Shown here piece by piece: positions 1 through 9,045 of a DNA stretch of 30,766 bases (positions are counted from its first letter, which is position 1; each line of letters opens with the position of its first letter). The notes beneath the pieces are model-generated. The model saw nothing but the letters and a program-made list of their open reading frames with translations. It was not told where the DNA came from and did no database searches. The DNA comes from Actinomycetota bacterium (lineage in GTDB: Bacteria > Actinomycetota > UBA4738), in NCBI GenBank assembly GCA_036395815.1, contig DASWCX010000229.1, positions 1 to 30,766 on the forward strand, given 5' to 3'. A program made the translations under genes and the position numbers.

Positions 1-929
1 GCCTTCCTGATCTTCGACACGAAGGTGTAGTTGGGGTCGACCACGTTCGCCACCGGGGTCTCGCTGGCCTGGGTCACGAGCTGATAGCCGTCCAGCGGGT
101 GCAGGCCGAACTCCGCGGACAGCCACTGCACCAGGTCCACCTGGGAGATCCGGAACGCGTCCTCCAGCGGCCGCGCCGACCCGGTGCTCATCACGTAGTC
201 GTCGTTCTCCAGCCGAGGCCACGGGGTGGCCACCCCCTTGATCAGGTCCACGATCACCACCGTGTCCATGGCGGCCTCGACCGCCACGCCGCACGTCTCG
301 CCCTCGCCCTGGCGGCAGTGCCCGTCGCCGATGGAAAACAGCGCCCCCTCCACGTTCACCCCGAGGTAGCAGGTGGTCCCGGCCCGCATCTCGGGCGTGT
401 CCATGTTGCCGCCGTGGGCGTCGGGGACCAGGGACGACCGGGCCTCGAACGCCGCCGGGGCCACCCCCACCGTCCCGTGCATGGGATCGAGCGGGAGCTC
501 GACGGACCAATCGCCGTGGGCGGCGTGGAACCGAACCGTCCGCGCCTTCGCGTCGACCTCGTAGATCCAAACCACCTCGGGAAGCGGGTCCTGAAGGGTC
601 GCTGTGGCATGAGTCGAGGTGAGCGCGCCGAACAGCGGCACCGTGGTCGACGCCGCCCAGTCGCGCGACGGCTCGATCGACACGAAGTGGAGCGCCAGCG
701 TGTCGCCCGGCTCGGCCCCCTCCACGTGGAACGGGCCCGTTTGGGGATTGACGAACGGGAACTCGATGACCTTCGACACCAGGTCGTCGGGCCCTCGGAC
801 CTTTCCCCCGAAGGCGTCCTCGGTCCACAGCTCCAACACCGTCCCGGGCTGCACCGAGCGCACCGGCTTCACCCCGCCGAAGGTCCAGGCGAACTCCGAC
901 GGGTTCGGCCGGTAGCTAATGGCGTCCAT
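1..929 (-). CDS. Acetamidase/formamidase family protein (3' end runs off the window)
   Basis: Not in the ORF track because no stop lies in the window. Manual translation from ATG at 929: MDAISYRPNPSEFAWTFGG...NPQTGPFHVEGAEPGDTLALH...HGGNMDTPEM...LFSIGDGHCRQGEGE. These are typical FmdA/AmdA motifs. The start overlaps the permease stop (TGATG). Confidence 0.9.
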   Translation of the reverse strand, partial: MDAISYRPNPSEFAWTFGGVKPVRSVQPGTVLELWTEDAFGGKVRGPDDLVSKVIEFPFVNPQTGPFHVEGAEPGDTLALHFVSIEPSRDWAASTTVPLFGALTSTHATATLQDPLPEVVWIYEVDAKARTVRFHAAHGDWSVELPLDPMHGTVGVAPAAFEARSSLVPDAHGGNMDTPEMRAGTTCYLGVNVEGALFSIGDGHCRQGEGETCGVAVEAAMDTVVIVDLIKGVATPWPRLENDDYVMSTGSARPLEDAFRISQVDLVQWLSAEFGLHPLDGYQLVTQASETPVANVVDPNYTFVSKIRK

Positions 930-2404
930 CACGCCTGGACCGCGGCCGGTTCGTCCTCGTCGAACACCCTGGCCGTGTCCCGCACTCGCCCGGGGGCCTT
1001 CGCGTACAGATAGGCGAGGTAGACCAAGCCGATGAGGTACCACGCCCCGACCACGATGCCCACCCTGGCGGCGGGCCCGGACAGCCTGGCGATGAAGCTG
1101 AAGGCCCTGATGCCGACGGCGGTCAGCCACCCGGGGATGAAGAACAGGATCCCCACCACCGGCACCAGCAGATGCTTGACCGGGTTGAACTCGGTTCGTC
1201 GCTCGGTCAGGAAGAACCTGATGGCGGCGACGTTCAGCGCGATGTAGATCAGCACGACCACGGCGGTCGCCATGGTGGCGATCAGGACGAATGCGGGGAG
1301 CGGTTGGAAGGCGAACCCGAGGCCGAGGGCCACGCCGATCCCCACCACGAGCTGGGCGATCACCGAGACGTACGGAGACTTCCACCTGGGATGGACCGCG
1401 GCGAACAGGCTCGGGATCAACCGGATCCGGCCCATCGCGAACCAGGTCCGGGTGGTGGCGTTCGCTCCCGCGTTCGAGTTGGCGATGGCCGAGTTCACGA
1501 TGGCCAGGAACACGAACACCCAGGCCGCGCCCCAGACGATGTGGCCGAGCCCCTCCCACGGGTCGCCGCCGTTGAACAAGTTGAACTTCCCCATCCTGGC
1601 CGGCCCGAAGTACACGGTGGCGGCGTACGTGGTGAGGACGTAGAAGAGCCCGATGCCGACGCACGAGTAGATGACGGCCTTGCGGATGTTCCTCCTCGGA
1701 TCTCGGGTCTCCTCGGCCAGTGGCGCGGCGGCTTCGAACCCGATGAACGCGAGGATCGCGTAGATCGACCCGGCGAACACGCCCTTCAACCCGGTGAATC
1801 CCTTGACGGTGGCCTTGCCCGTCCCGAACACGGCCAGCGTGTTGTGGTCGGCCTTCCCGATGAGCCAGAGGGACAGCAGGAAGAACACCACGATCTCGAA
1901 CGCGCCGAGCACGGTGCCGGCCCGGGTGCTGAGCTGGATCCCGAAGTAGCCGAGGACGAACACGACCAGGGCGGCGGCCACGGCCCAGATCCACCACTGG
2001 TCGGCGTGGCAGATGGCGCAGTTGAACTCCGAGTCCAGCGTGCCGGCGACCACGATGCCCAGGATCAGGTAGAGGAGCGGGGCCACCAGCGGCTCGACGA
2101 AGGCGTACCCCCACGCCACGAGGAACCCCACCGAGGGATGCAGCGCCCTCGCCGTGTAGGCGTACATCCCGCCTGCCGACGGGATGTGCTTCGCCAGCTC
2201 GCCGATCGAGATGGCCACGCACAGGCATGCCACCAGCGCGATGATCACCGCCAGGGGGAGCGCCCCACCCGCGTACGGCGCGCCGGCGATGATCGAGAAG
2301 GCCACCGCGGCGGCGGGCGCCATGTGGGTGATGGACTGGAACAGGACCTCGGGGAGCCCGATGGCCTCACGAGCCAGGCCGGTGGAGACCGTGCGCTGTT
2401 CCAC
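929..2404 (-). CDS. APC-family amino acid/amine permease
   Basis: 491 aa with about 12 hydrophobic segments, TM1 motif QSITHMAPAAAV and GFEAAAPLAEETRDP motif. GGAGG RBS at 2411-2415. Confidence 0.9.
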   Translation of the reverse strand: MEQRTVSTGLAREAIGLPEVLFQSITHMAPAAAVAFSIIAGAPYAGGALPLAVIIALVACLCVAISIGELAKHIPSAGGMYAYTARALHPSVGFLVAWGYAFVEPLVAPLLYLILGIVVAGTLDSEFNCAICHADQWWIWAVAAALVVFVLGYFGIQLSTRAGTVLGAFEIVVFFLLSLWLIGKADHNTLAVFGTGKATVKGFTGLKGVFAGSIYAILAFIGFEAAAPLAEETRDPRRNIRKAVIYSCVGIGLFYVLTTYAATVYFGPARMGKFNLFNGGDPWEGLGHIVWGAAWVFVFLAIVNSAIANSNAGANATTRTWFAMGRIRLIPSLFAAVHPRWKSPYVSVIAQLVVGIGVALGLGFAFQPLPAFVLIATMATAVVVLIYIALNVAAIRFFLTERRTEFNPVKHLLVPVVGILFFIPGWLTAVGIRAFSFIARLSGPAARVGIVVGAWYLIGLVYLAYLYAKAPGRVRDTARVFDEDEPAAVQA

Positions 2405-2486
2405 GATCGACCTCCGTTCGAGCAGGGGGCGCGGCTCGTATTGTGGCGCGACGGGCCGCCGAAGGAAAACGCGGACGGGCGGCGGC

Positions 2487-3422
2487 TCAGGTCAGGGCGG
2501 CGGTTCGGGCGATGGTCATGACCACCCCGATGCCGATCAGCGCGGCGAATCCGAGGACCTGGACGAGAGCCCGCGTGGAGCGCGGACCGATCCCGTCGGC
2601 CAACGTTCCGGCGGCGATCCCGGCGATCAGCCCGCCGATGTGGGCGTTGTTGTCGATGATCGCGATCGAGAAGCCCAGGATCAGGTTGATCCCGATCAGC
2701 ATGAGCGCCCACCGGAGCTGGAACGCGGCAGCCGGCGTGCCCCGGCGCCGGTAGTTGTACGCCACCCACGCCCCCAGCAGGCCGAAGATGGCCCCCGACG
2801 CCCCCACCGCCACGGCGTGCGGGTCGCTGAACGTGTAGGAAGCCACGCTCGCCAGGAGCCCGGCCACGAGGTAGATGAGGAGGAACCGGACCTTCCCGAA
2901 CGCCTCCTCGATCAAGTACCCGAAGAGGTACAGGGCGTACATGTTGAAGGCGATGTGCACCAGGCCGGCGTGCAGGAACATCGCGGTGAACAGCCGCCAG
3001 TACTGTCCGTGCGCGATGGCCGGCGGGTACATGGCACCGAGGTTGAACAGCTTCAGCTCGGATGGGCCGGACGCCAGCGACCTGGCCCCGCCCACGGCCA
3101 CCTCCACGACGAACATCGCCAGGTTGATCGCAAGCAGCGAGGTGGTCAGGGCCCCGGGCCGGCCCAGGACGAACTTGACCTGGACCCGGCGGCGGGGGAA
3201 CGAGGCGCGGGCTTCGGCCACGCATTCGGGACACTGGTAGCCCACCGCCGCCGGGCGCATGCATTCCGGACAGATGGGCCGCCCGCACCTCGTGCAGTGG
3301 ACCCCGGTGGTCTCGCGGGGGTGGCGGTAGCAGGTCTCGAGGATGATCCCCGACGTGCGCTCGGCCGGGCCGTCCGGCCCCGCCTCGTCGCGCGGGGGGA
3401 CGGTCCCGCCGGCGTCGTCCAT
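2487..3422 (-). CDS. Rhomboid intramembrane serine protease with N-terminal Cys/His zinc-finger (B-box-like)
   Basis: C-terminal 311 aa of track ORF 2487..4553. Motifs: CYRHP...CTRCGRPICPEC...CPEC, WRLFTAMFLH, catalytic GASG and AHIGG. A TACCAT -10 box lies 7 nt upstream of ATG 3422 (leaderless). Confidence 0.9.
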   Translation of the reverse strand: MDDAGGTVPPRDEAGPDGPAERTSGIILETCYRHPRETTGVHCTRCGRPICPECMRPAAVGYQCPECVAEARASFPRRRVQVKFVLGRPGALTTSLLAINLAMFVVEVAVGGARSLASGPSELKLFNLGAMYPPAIAHGQYWRLFTAMFLHAGLVHIAFNMYALYLFGYLIEEAFGKVRFLLIYLVAGLLASVASYTFSDPHAVAVGASGAIFGLLGAWVAYNYRRRGTPAAAFQLRWALMLIGINLILGFSIAIIDNNAHIGGLIAGIAAGTLADGIGPRSTRALVQVLGFAALIGIGVVMTIARTAALT

Positions 3423-3494
3423 GGCTTCGATGGTATCGCCTTGCTCCCGATAGCGGGCTGGAACAGAATCACCGCGAGGGGAGAGGAGGGGAAG

Positions 3495-3983
3495 ATGGCG
3501 GAGATCGTCACCATCGAGGGGCAGGAGTTCAAGAAACGCAGCCCATGGGGAGCGTGGGGGCTGGGGCTGATCACGATCGGGATCTACGGGATCGTGTGGT
3601 ACTACAAGATCAACGACGAGGCGCGGCGGTACCTGCGCGACGACACGATCAAGCCGGTGCTGTCGGTGCTCGCCATCATCCCGGGTGTCATCCTGCTCGT
3701 GCCCCCGTTCGTCTCGTACTTCCGGACGGGAGCCCGGATCGTTCGGATGGAGGAGAACGCGGGGATCCAGAAGACGGTCGAACCGGTCCTGGGGCTCATC
3801 GCCGCGCTGGTCTACTCGCTGCACATCGTGTACTACCAGAGCCACCTGAACAAGATCTGGGAGCGGTACCAGGCGGGGACGCCGGCCATGCCGTCCGCAT
3901 CGACGCCCCCTGCGGTTCCTCCGCCGCCCCCGGCCCCCGAGATGCCGCCCGCGGAGCAGCCGGGTGACGCCGGGACCGAATAG
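3495..3983 (+). CDS. DUF4234-like membrane protein with Pro-rich C-terminal tail
   Basis: GGAGGGG RBS then ATG at 3495. RSPWGAWGLGLITIGIYGIVWYYKINDE pattern followed by further hydrophobic segments. Confidence 0.75.
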   Translation: MAEIVTIEGQEFKKRSPWGAWGLGLITIGIYGIVWYYKINDEARRYLRDDTIKPVLSVLAIIPGVILLVPPFVSYFRTGARIVRMEENAGIQKTVEPVLGLIAALVYSLHIVYYQSHLNKIWERYQAGTPAMPSASTPPAVPPPPPAPEMPPAEQPGDAGTE

Positions 3984-4037
3984 ATCCGCGTAGCCGCACG
4001 CCGCGGGCTCAGCTCCGTACTCAGGTACCCTCAAGGG

Positions 4038-5225
4038 GTGAAGGTCGGAGCGGGTCTCTCCACGCTCTCGGATCCCCGGGAAGCGGCCATCGAGGCGACG
4101 GCGACCGCGTGCGGGGGGCTCGATGGCGAGCGGCCGGATCTGGCGCTGGTGTTCGCGTCGCCGCATCACGCCGCGGAGGCTCGGGCCGTGCTCGACGCGG
4201 TCCACGAGCGGGCCAACCCGCGAGGAGTCATCGGGTGCGTGGCGGAGGCCGTGGTGGGCGGGGCGCGGGAGGTCGAACGCGAACCGGCGCTCTCGGTGTG
4301 GCTGGGCGCCCTCCCCGGCGGAGCCGAGACCTTTCACATGGAGTTCCTGCCGACGGACGGCGGCGGCGCCTTCGCCGGCTGGGTGGTCGACGCCCGCGGA
4401 CAGCCGGACGGCACCGTGCTGTTGGTGTGCGATCCGTTCACCTTCCCGGCGGACCTGTTCCTCCAGCATCTCAACGAACGCATCCCGGGCACGCCCGTCG
4501 TCGGGGGCATGGCGAGCGGAGGGATCGAGCCGGGACAGACGGTGCTGTTCCACGACCGGGAGGTGCTCCGCTCGGGTGCGGTCGGCGCCAGGCTTCCCGG
4601 AGCCGTCTCGGTGCAGACCCTCGTGTCGCAGGGTTGCCGGCCCATCGGGCAGTCCCTGGTTGTGACCAGGGCCGAGGACAACGTGCTGTTCGAGCTGGGG
4701 GGCCGGCCGCCGCTCGAACGGCTGAAGGAGACGGTGAACGCGCTGGCCTCACCGGACCGCGACCTCCTGTCGCGTGGCCTGCACCTCGGGCGGGTGATCG
4801 ACGAATACAAGACCGAATACGGCACGGGCGACTTCCTGATCCGGGGGGTGGTGGGCGCGGACCCGGACTCGGGGGCCATCGCCGTCGGCGACCACCTGGA
4901 GGTCGGGCAGACCGTACAGTTCCACGTCCGCGACGCGGCCACCGCCGACGAGGAGCTCAGGACCCTCCTCGAGGACTCGGCGTCGGCCCGCTCCGGTTCT
5001 GCCGCGGGGGCCCTCCTGTTCACCTGCAACGGCCGGGGGAGCCGGCTGTTCACCACGCCGGACCACGACGCCCGGATGGTCTCGTCCTATCTGGAGGGTG
5101 CCCCGGTGGCCGGGTTCTTCTGCGCCGGCGAGCTGGGACCGGTGGGAGGCAAGAACTTCCTCCACGGGTTCACCGCCAGCGTGGTGGTCTTCGTCGACCG
5201 GGCTACCTCGACTGCCAACCGCTGA
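4038..5225 (+). CDS. FIST N/C domain protein (NosP-like sensor)
   Basis: 395 aa. Motifs PVVGGMASGG, VSQGCRPIG, LLFTCNGRG and GFFCAGELGP...LHGFT. TACCCT -10 box 6 nt before the GTG. Confidence 0.88.
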   Translation: MKVGAGLSTLSDPREAAIEATATACGGLDGERPDLALVFASPHHAAEARAVLDAVHERANPRGVIGCVAEAVVGGAREVEREPALSVWLGALPGGAETFHMEFLPTDGGGAFAGWVVDARGQPDGTVLLVCDPFTFPADLFLQHLNERIPGTPVVGGMASGGIEPGQTVLFHDREVLRSGAVGARLPGAVSVQTLVSQGCRPIGQSLVVTRAEDNVLFELGGRPPLERLKETVNALASPDRDLLSRGLHLGRVIDEYKTEYGTGDFLIRGVVGADPDSGAIAVGDHLEVGQTVQFHVRDAATADEELRTLLEDSASARSGSAAGALLFTCNGRGSRLFTTPDHDARMVSSYLEGAPVAGFFCAGELGPVGGKNFLHGFTASVVVFVDRATSTANR

Positions 5226-5616
5226 CCCGAACCAGGTCGACGGCCACCACCGGGCCCTCGGGCGGGGCGGTCCGGTACTGACCGTACTTCTCGCCCAGGA
5301 GCGCCAGCGCCCGGTCGCGTTCGCCAGCGCCTTCGACCAGGATCCTCGCCGTGCCCGCGGCCCGAACCCACCACAGTGCGTCCCAGTCCTCCTCGTAGTG
5401 GTCGACCACCAGCGCCACGTTCGGGTTCGCGTCGATGTTGTCCAGGCGCTTCAGCCGGGTGGAGCGCTTGAGCTTGCGGTCCACCGCCCAGTAGAGCGTG
5501 CGGCCGTCGAGGGCGAACGTGAAGGGGACCACGTGAGGCACGCCCTGGCGGTCCACGGTGGCCAGGCGGCCCACCCGCGCTTGGCCCAGCCGGCGCAGCG
5601 CTTCGGCTTCCTCCAC
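5203..5616 (-). CDS. PPOX-class F420-dependent oxidoreductase, TIGR03668-like
   Basis: ARVGRLATV...PHVVP...AVDRKLKRSTRLKRLDNI..NPNVALVVDHYEEDWDALWWVRA, characteristic of this split-barrel family. Confidence 0.85.
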   Translation of the reverse strand: MEEAEALRRLGQARVGRLATVDRQGVPHVVPFTFALDGRTLYWAVDRKLKRSTRLKRLDNIDANPNVALVVDHYEEDWDALWWVRAAGTARILVEGAGERDRALALLGEKYGQYRTAPPEGPVVAVDLVRVSGWQSR

Positions 5617-5618
5617 CG

Positions 5619-6284
5619 CTACTTCGGCCCCTTCGGCTCGAGCACCCCTTCCAGCCGGAGCAGCGCCTCCTTGCGGTCCAGCCCTCCCGTGTAGCCGCCC
5701 AGGCCTCCGCCGGTGCGAAGGACCCGGTGGCAGGGGACCACGATGGGTACGGGGTTGGAGCCCAGGGCGTTTCCAGCGGCCCGGACGGCGGCCGGGTTGC
5801 CGGCCCTGGTGGCCACCTCCCGGTACGTGCTCACCTTGCCGAAGGGGATCCGGGCCGTGGCCCGAAGCACGTCCCGGGTGAACCCTCGAACCAGCGACAG
5901 GTCGACCCTCGTCTCGAACCGGCGCAGCCGTCCCTCGAAGTACCGGTCGAGCTCCCGCCTGACCGGATCGGTGGCCCGCGAGGACTCCAGCACCCGAGGC
6001 GACACCCTCGCTGCCAGGTCAACCAGGACCCGATCGGCCTCCTCGTTCGGATAGGCCAGCCGGGCCAGCCCTCGCGCCGTCACCGCCACGGTCAGCGGAC
6101 CGAACGGTGACTCCACCGTGGCATAGGCCACGTCGACCTCGCCCGCATCCCACGCCGCCTCGCCGAACCGCCTGGCCGCGGCCCGAGAGAGTCCCTCCAG
6201 GCCCATCTCGACGGCCCGCCACTCCTGCACGTCGAGCTCGGCCTCCGTCGCGGCCGGCTCCTTCGTCTTCACCTTCGACCTCAT
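5619..6284 (-). CDS. ogt: Methylated-DNA--protein-cysteine S-methyltransferase with ~50-aa N-terminal extension
   Basis: Active-site motif NPVPIVVPCHRV, IPFGKVSTYREVA...AVRAAG helix-turn-helix, GGYTGGLDRKEALLRLEG. ATG at 6284 overlaps the sigma factor stop (ATGA). Confidence 0.93.
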   Translation of the reverse strand: MRSKVKTKEPAATEAELDVQEWRAVEMGLEGLSRAAARRFGEAAWDAGEVDVAYATVESPFGPLTVAVTARGLARLAYPNEEADRVLVDLAARVSPRVLESSRATDPVRRELDRYFEGRLRRFETRVDLSLVRGFTRDVLRATARIPFGKVSTYREVATRAGNPAAVRAAGNALGSNPVPIVVPCHRVLRTGGGLGGYTGGLDRKEALLRLEGVLEPKGPK

Positions 6285-6769
6285 CGCTCCGTCACCTCGA
6301 TTCGCAGCCTCTTGAGCGCCTGATACACGTTCGCCCTGGCCGCCTCCACCGAACCTCCCATGGCGGCCGCCATCTCCGCATACGTCTGGTCCAGCACCAC
6401 CCGGTGGACCAGCGCCACCCGCTGGCGCGGGGGGAGGTTCCGGACGGCGTCCCACACCGGATCGAACGGAACGAGGGGATCCTCCCCGGCGCCGGCGACC
6501 TCGGGCACCTCGTCGACCGGGACCGGACGGCGCGACCTGGCCCGTCCGGCGTCGATCGCCTTCCTGGTGGCGATGGCCAGGACCCACCCCCGGAGGTTGT
6601 CCCCGTGCCGCAGGCGCGGGTACGCCTTCAACGCCGAGAGGAACGTCTCCTGGAAGCAGTCGTCGGCCTCCTGCGGCCCCGCGGCGGCCAGGAGGAACCG
6701 GTACACCACGGCCCGGTGCTCCTCCAGGAAGCTCTGGAACGGGGGGATCCCCCCCTCGGTCCTGCCCAT
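6281..6769 (-). CDS. ECF RNA polymerase sigma factor
   Basis: 162 aa. Region 2: ADDCFQETFLSAL...LRGWVLAIATRKAID. Region 4: LPPRQRVALVHR...TYAEMAAAMGGSVEAARANVYQALKRLR. Confidence 0.9.
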   Translation of the reverse strand: MGRTEGGIPPFQSFLEEHRAVVYRFLLAAAGPQEADDCFQETFLSALKAYPRLRHGDNLRGWVLAIATRKAIDAGRARSRRPVPVDEVPEVAGAGEDPLVPFDPVWDAVRNLPPRQRVALVHRVVLDQTYAEMAAAMGGSVEAARANVYQALKRLRIEVTER

Positions 6770-6813
6770 CCCCTACAGAACGGCGGGGGAGCGGTGGGCG
6801 TGAAAGGCGGCGA

Positions 6814-7581
6814 TCACACCGGGGGCCACGGATACGGGCGCCGCCCGAGGGGATGGGGGAACCGTCCCGACCGGGCCAGGGCGTCGGCTCGAGCCGCCGT
6901 GGCATCGACCTCGGCCTCGGTGAGGAAGGCCCGAAGCTCGCCCCGGATGGCCCCCGTTCTGAGCTCCTCGGCCACCCTGCACACGTCGGCCAGCAGCGCT
7001 GGCGGGACCGGCTCGCCGGCGAAGTCCCAGATCACCGTGCGGATCTTCGGCTCGGAAGAGAAGCACACGCCGTGATCGATCACCCAGATCCGTCCTCGGG
7101 GACCGAGGAGGCAGTGCCCGCCCTTGCGGTCGGCGTTGTTGGCGATCACGTCGAAGGCGGCGACGGCCCGGAACTCATCCGGGTGCCGGTCGCGGAGGGT
7201 GAAGAAGTGGTGTTCGAAGTCGGCTTCGATGAAGACCTGAATCGCCCCGGGGCCGTGCGGTCCGTCGCGAAAGATCGTGGGCGGCACCGATGGCCACCCG
7301 AGCGCCGCCGACAGGAGGTACGCGGCGACCTCACGACCGGACAGCGAGCCCGGGGGGAAGTCCCACAGTGGAGCCTCTCCCGCCCGTGGCTTGTACACGG
7401 CCAGGAGCGAGCTGCGGTCGTCGCGAACCCGCGCCAGAAACGTGGAGTTCGAGGCGTCGGGCATGAGGCCGAGGACCTCCATATCGCCCGTGGCCAGCAG
7501 CGCCAGCGCCTCGGCCGGGGGTGTGGCCGCGCCCGAGAGGGCTATTCGCCCGTCTTCCGGTGCCCGTTCAGCGCGGGGCAC
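6814..7581 (-). CDS. SCO1664-family protein (PI3/PI4-kinase-like fold)
   Basis: ASNSTFL...VYKPRAGEAPLWDFP..LSGREVAAY...FDVIANNADRKGGH...WVIDHG. The start was placed at GTG 7581, overlapping the DUF3090 3' end; exact start uncertain. Confidence 0.85.
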   Translation of the reverse strand: MPRAERAPEDGRIALSGAATPPAEALALLATGDMEVLGLMPDASNSTFLARVRDDRSSLLAVYKPRAGEAPLWDFPPGSLSGREVAAYLLSAALGWPSVPPTIFRDGPHGPGAIQVFIEADFEHHFFTLRDRHPDEFRAVAAFDVIANNADRKGGHCLLGPRGRIWVIDHGVCFSSEPKIRTVIWDFAGEPVPPALLADVCRVAEELRTGAIRGELRAFLTEAEVDATAARADALARSGRFPHPLGRRPYPWPPV

Positions 7582-8249
7582 TGGTGTCCTTCCGGTTCGA
7601 TGGGGTTGTGGCAGAGCTGGCAGAGCGGCCGACCCTGAGCGCAGACGGAGGCCCCGTGGCGGGCCAGGGACAGCATCTGCTCCCGGGTGGCCCAGAACCG
7701 CACCCGTCCCGGTTCCCGGGCCGGCTCCCCGAGCTCGCGCAGCTCTTCGAGCTCCTCCAGCTCTTGGAGCTCCTCGAGCTCTTGCAGCCCTTCCAGGTCC
7801 TCGCTCCAGCCGGCGTCCTCCGAGCCGCCGTTCGGCTCGCCCTCGGGGCCGGGCAGCTCGGTCGTTTCGAGCTCCACCCCGAGCTCCTCGAGGATCTCTC
7901 CCTCGTCCGACTCGTCTTCGGCTTCCTCCTCGGGGAGCAGCTCCTCGGCCTCCAGGAGGATGAGGTCGCGATCCTCCTCGTATCCGATCGAGAGCCGGCC
8001 CGCCCGCCACTCCGGCATCACCGGCTCCTCGAGGCCCATGGCCTCCTCCCCGGGGCCCTCGCCGGTCGTCTTGCCGAGCCGGGACAGGATCTCAACGACC
8101 GAGGCCGCCAGCAGCTGCACCTGCTGCTTCTCCACCAGGAGGCTCACCACGCGGTCGGCCTTGCGGCCCTGAAGGTAGAACACCCGCTGTCCGGGAGGTC
8201 CGACCGCATCGGCGGTGATCCGGTCGACCGGGTCGAGATCGATCAGCAC
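7542..8249 (-). CDS. DUF3090-family protein with long acidic insertion
   Basis: DPVDRITADAVGPPGQRVFYLQ...EKQQVQLL...GRPLCQLCHNPIEPEGHQCPALNG. TACGAT -10 box 6 nt upstream of the GTG. Confidence 0.85.
   Translation of the reverse strand: MLIDLDPVDRITADAVGPPGQRVFYLQGRKADRVVSLLVEKQQVQLLAASVVEILSRLGKTTGEGPGEEAMGLEEPVMPEWRAGRLSIGYEEDRDLILLEAEELLPEEEAEDESDEGEILEELGVELETTELPGPEGEPNGGSEDAGWSEDLEGLQELEELQELEELEELRELGEPAREPGRVRFWATREQMLSLARHGASVCAQGRPLCQLCHNPIEPEGHQCPALNGHRKTGE
7725..7796 (-). repeat. Eight tandem 9-bp units (CTS-NNN-GAG type) encoding (L-x-E)8 within DUF3090
   Basis: Minus strand reads CTGGAAGGG CTGCAAGAG CTCGAGGAG CTCCAAGAG CTGGAGGAG CTCGAAGAG CTGCGCGAG CTCGGGGAG. Confidence 0.85.
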
Positions 8250-8253
8250 CTAT

Positions 8254-8922
8254 CTATCGTAGTCGGCGACCGTCCCGCGACGGCCTCGTGGTCTGACGCC
8301 CGGCGGGTCGCTTGGCCGCCAGTTCTTCCATCGAACCGGTGTCGTTCACCCGGATGATCCGAGGGATCCGGTCGCCGAGGGAGAGCGCGGACACCGACGC
8401 GGGGCTCACGGTGAGCCGCTGGTACAGGTCGATGTGGACCCCCGCGTAGTGCGCAAGCGTGAGCCGGATGACGTCGGCGTGGGCCACGACCGCTACGGCC
8501 TTCTTGGCGTGACGCGCGGTGATCTCCTCGAGGGCGGTCACGCACCTCCCCTGGACCTCCGCGAGCGTCTCGCCGTCGGGGAACCTGATCGAGGAAGGAG
8601 CCTGCTGGAGCCGCTTCCACAGCGTCGTCCGATACAGCTGGGGGAGGGGCCGGCCGGTCCACCGGCCGTAGTCGACCTCCATGAGTTCGGGAAGGAGACG
8701 AACCTCGAGCGAGCGGCCCTCGGCCACGATCTCCGCAGTCTCCACGCACCGCTCCAGGGGGCTCGAGTAGAGGGCGGCGAGCGGGATCGGGGACAGCCGG
8801 TCCGCCAGAAGCTCGGCCTGCGCTCGACCCGATTCGGACAGATGGAGGCCGGGCTCCTGGCCCGAGAGCCGCCTGCCGGTGGCGTCGGTGAGGGCGTGCC
8901 GAACGAGCAGCAGGAGAGCCAT
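8254..8922 (-). CDS. Histidine phosphatase family protein (MSMEG_4193-like)
   Basis: LLLVRHALT (RHG variant), LYSSPLERCVETA, EVDYGRWTG, AVVAHADVI. TATCCT -10 box 6 nt before ATG 8922. Confidence 0.88.
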   Translation of the reverse strand: MALLLLVRHALTDATGRRLSGQEPGLHLSESGRAQAELLADRLSPIPLAALYSSPLERCVETAEIVAEGRSLEVRLLPELMEVDYGRWTGRPLPQLYRTTLWKRLQQAPSSIRFPDGETLAEVQGRCVTALEEITARHAKKAVAVVAHADVIRLTLAHYAGVHIDLYQRLTVSPASVSALSLGDRIPRIIRVNDTGSMEELAAKRPAGRQTTRPSRDGRRLR

Positions 8923-9045
8923 CGGGGAAGGATAGCCCGCGCCGGCGATGCCAACGCCTTGGGTTTGCCCCACTGGCCCGGGATTTGCCCACCGCCGGGA
9001 GTGGGTATCGAATCAACCGCCGTCAACGATCGAAAGGAGGCCCGT

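Noticed and set aside
3423-4553. N-terminal 377 aa of the 688-aa track ORF as a rhomboid fusion
   Set aside because: It overlaps the DUF4234-like and FIST genes on the opposite strand, and a -10 box supports the start at 3422.
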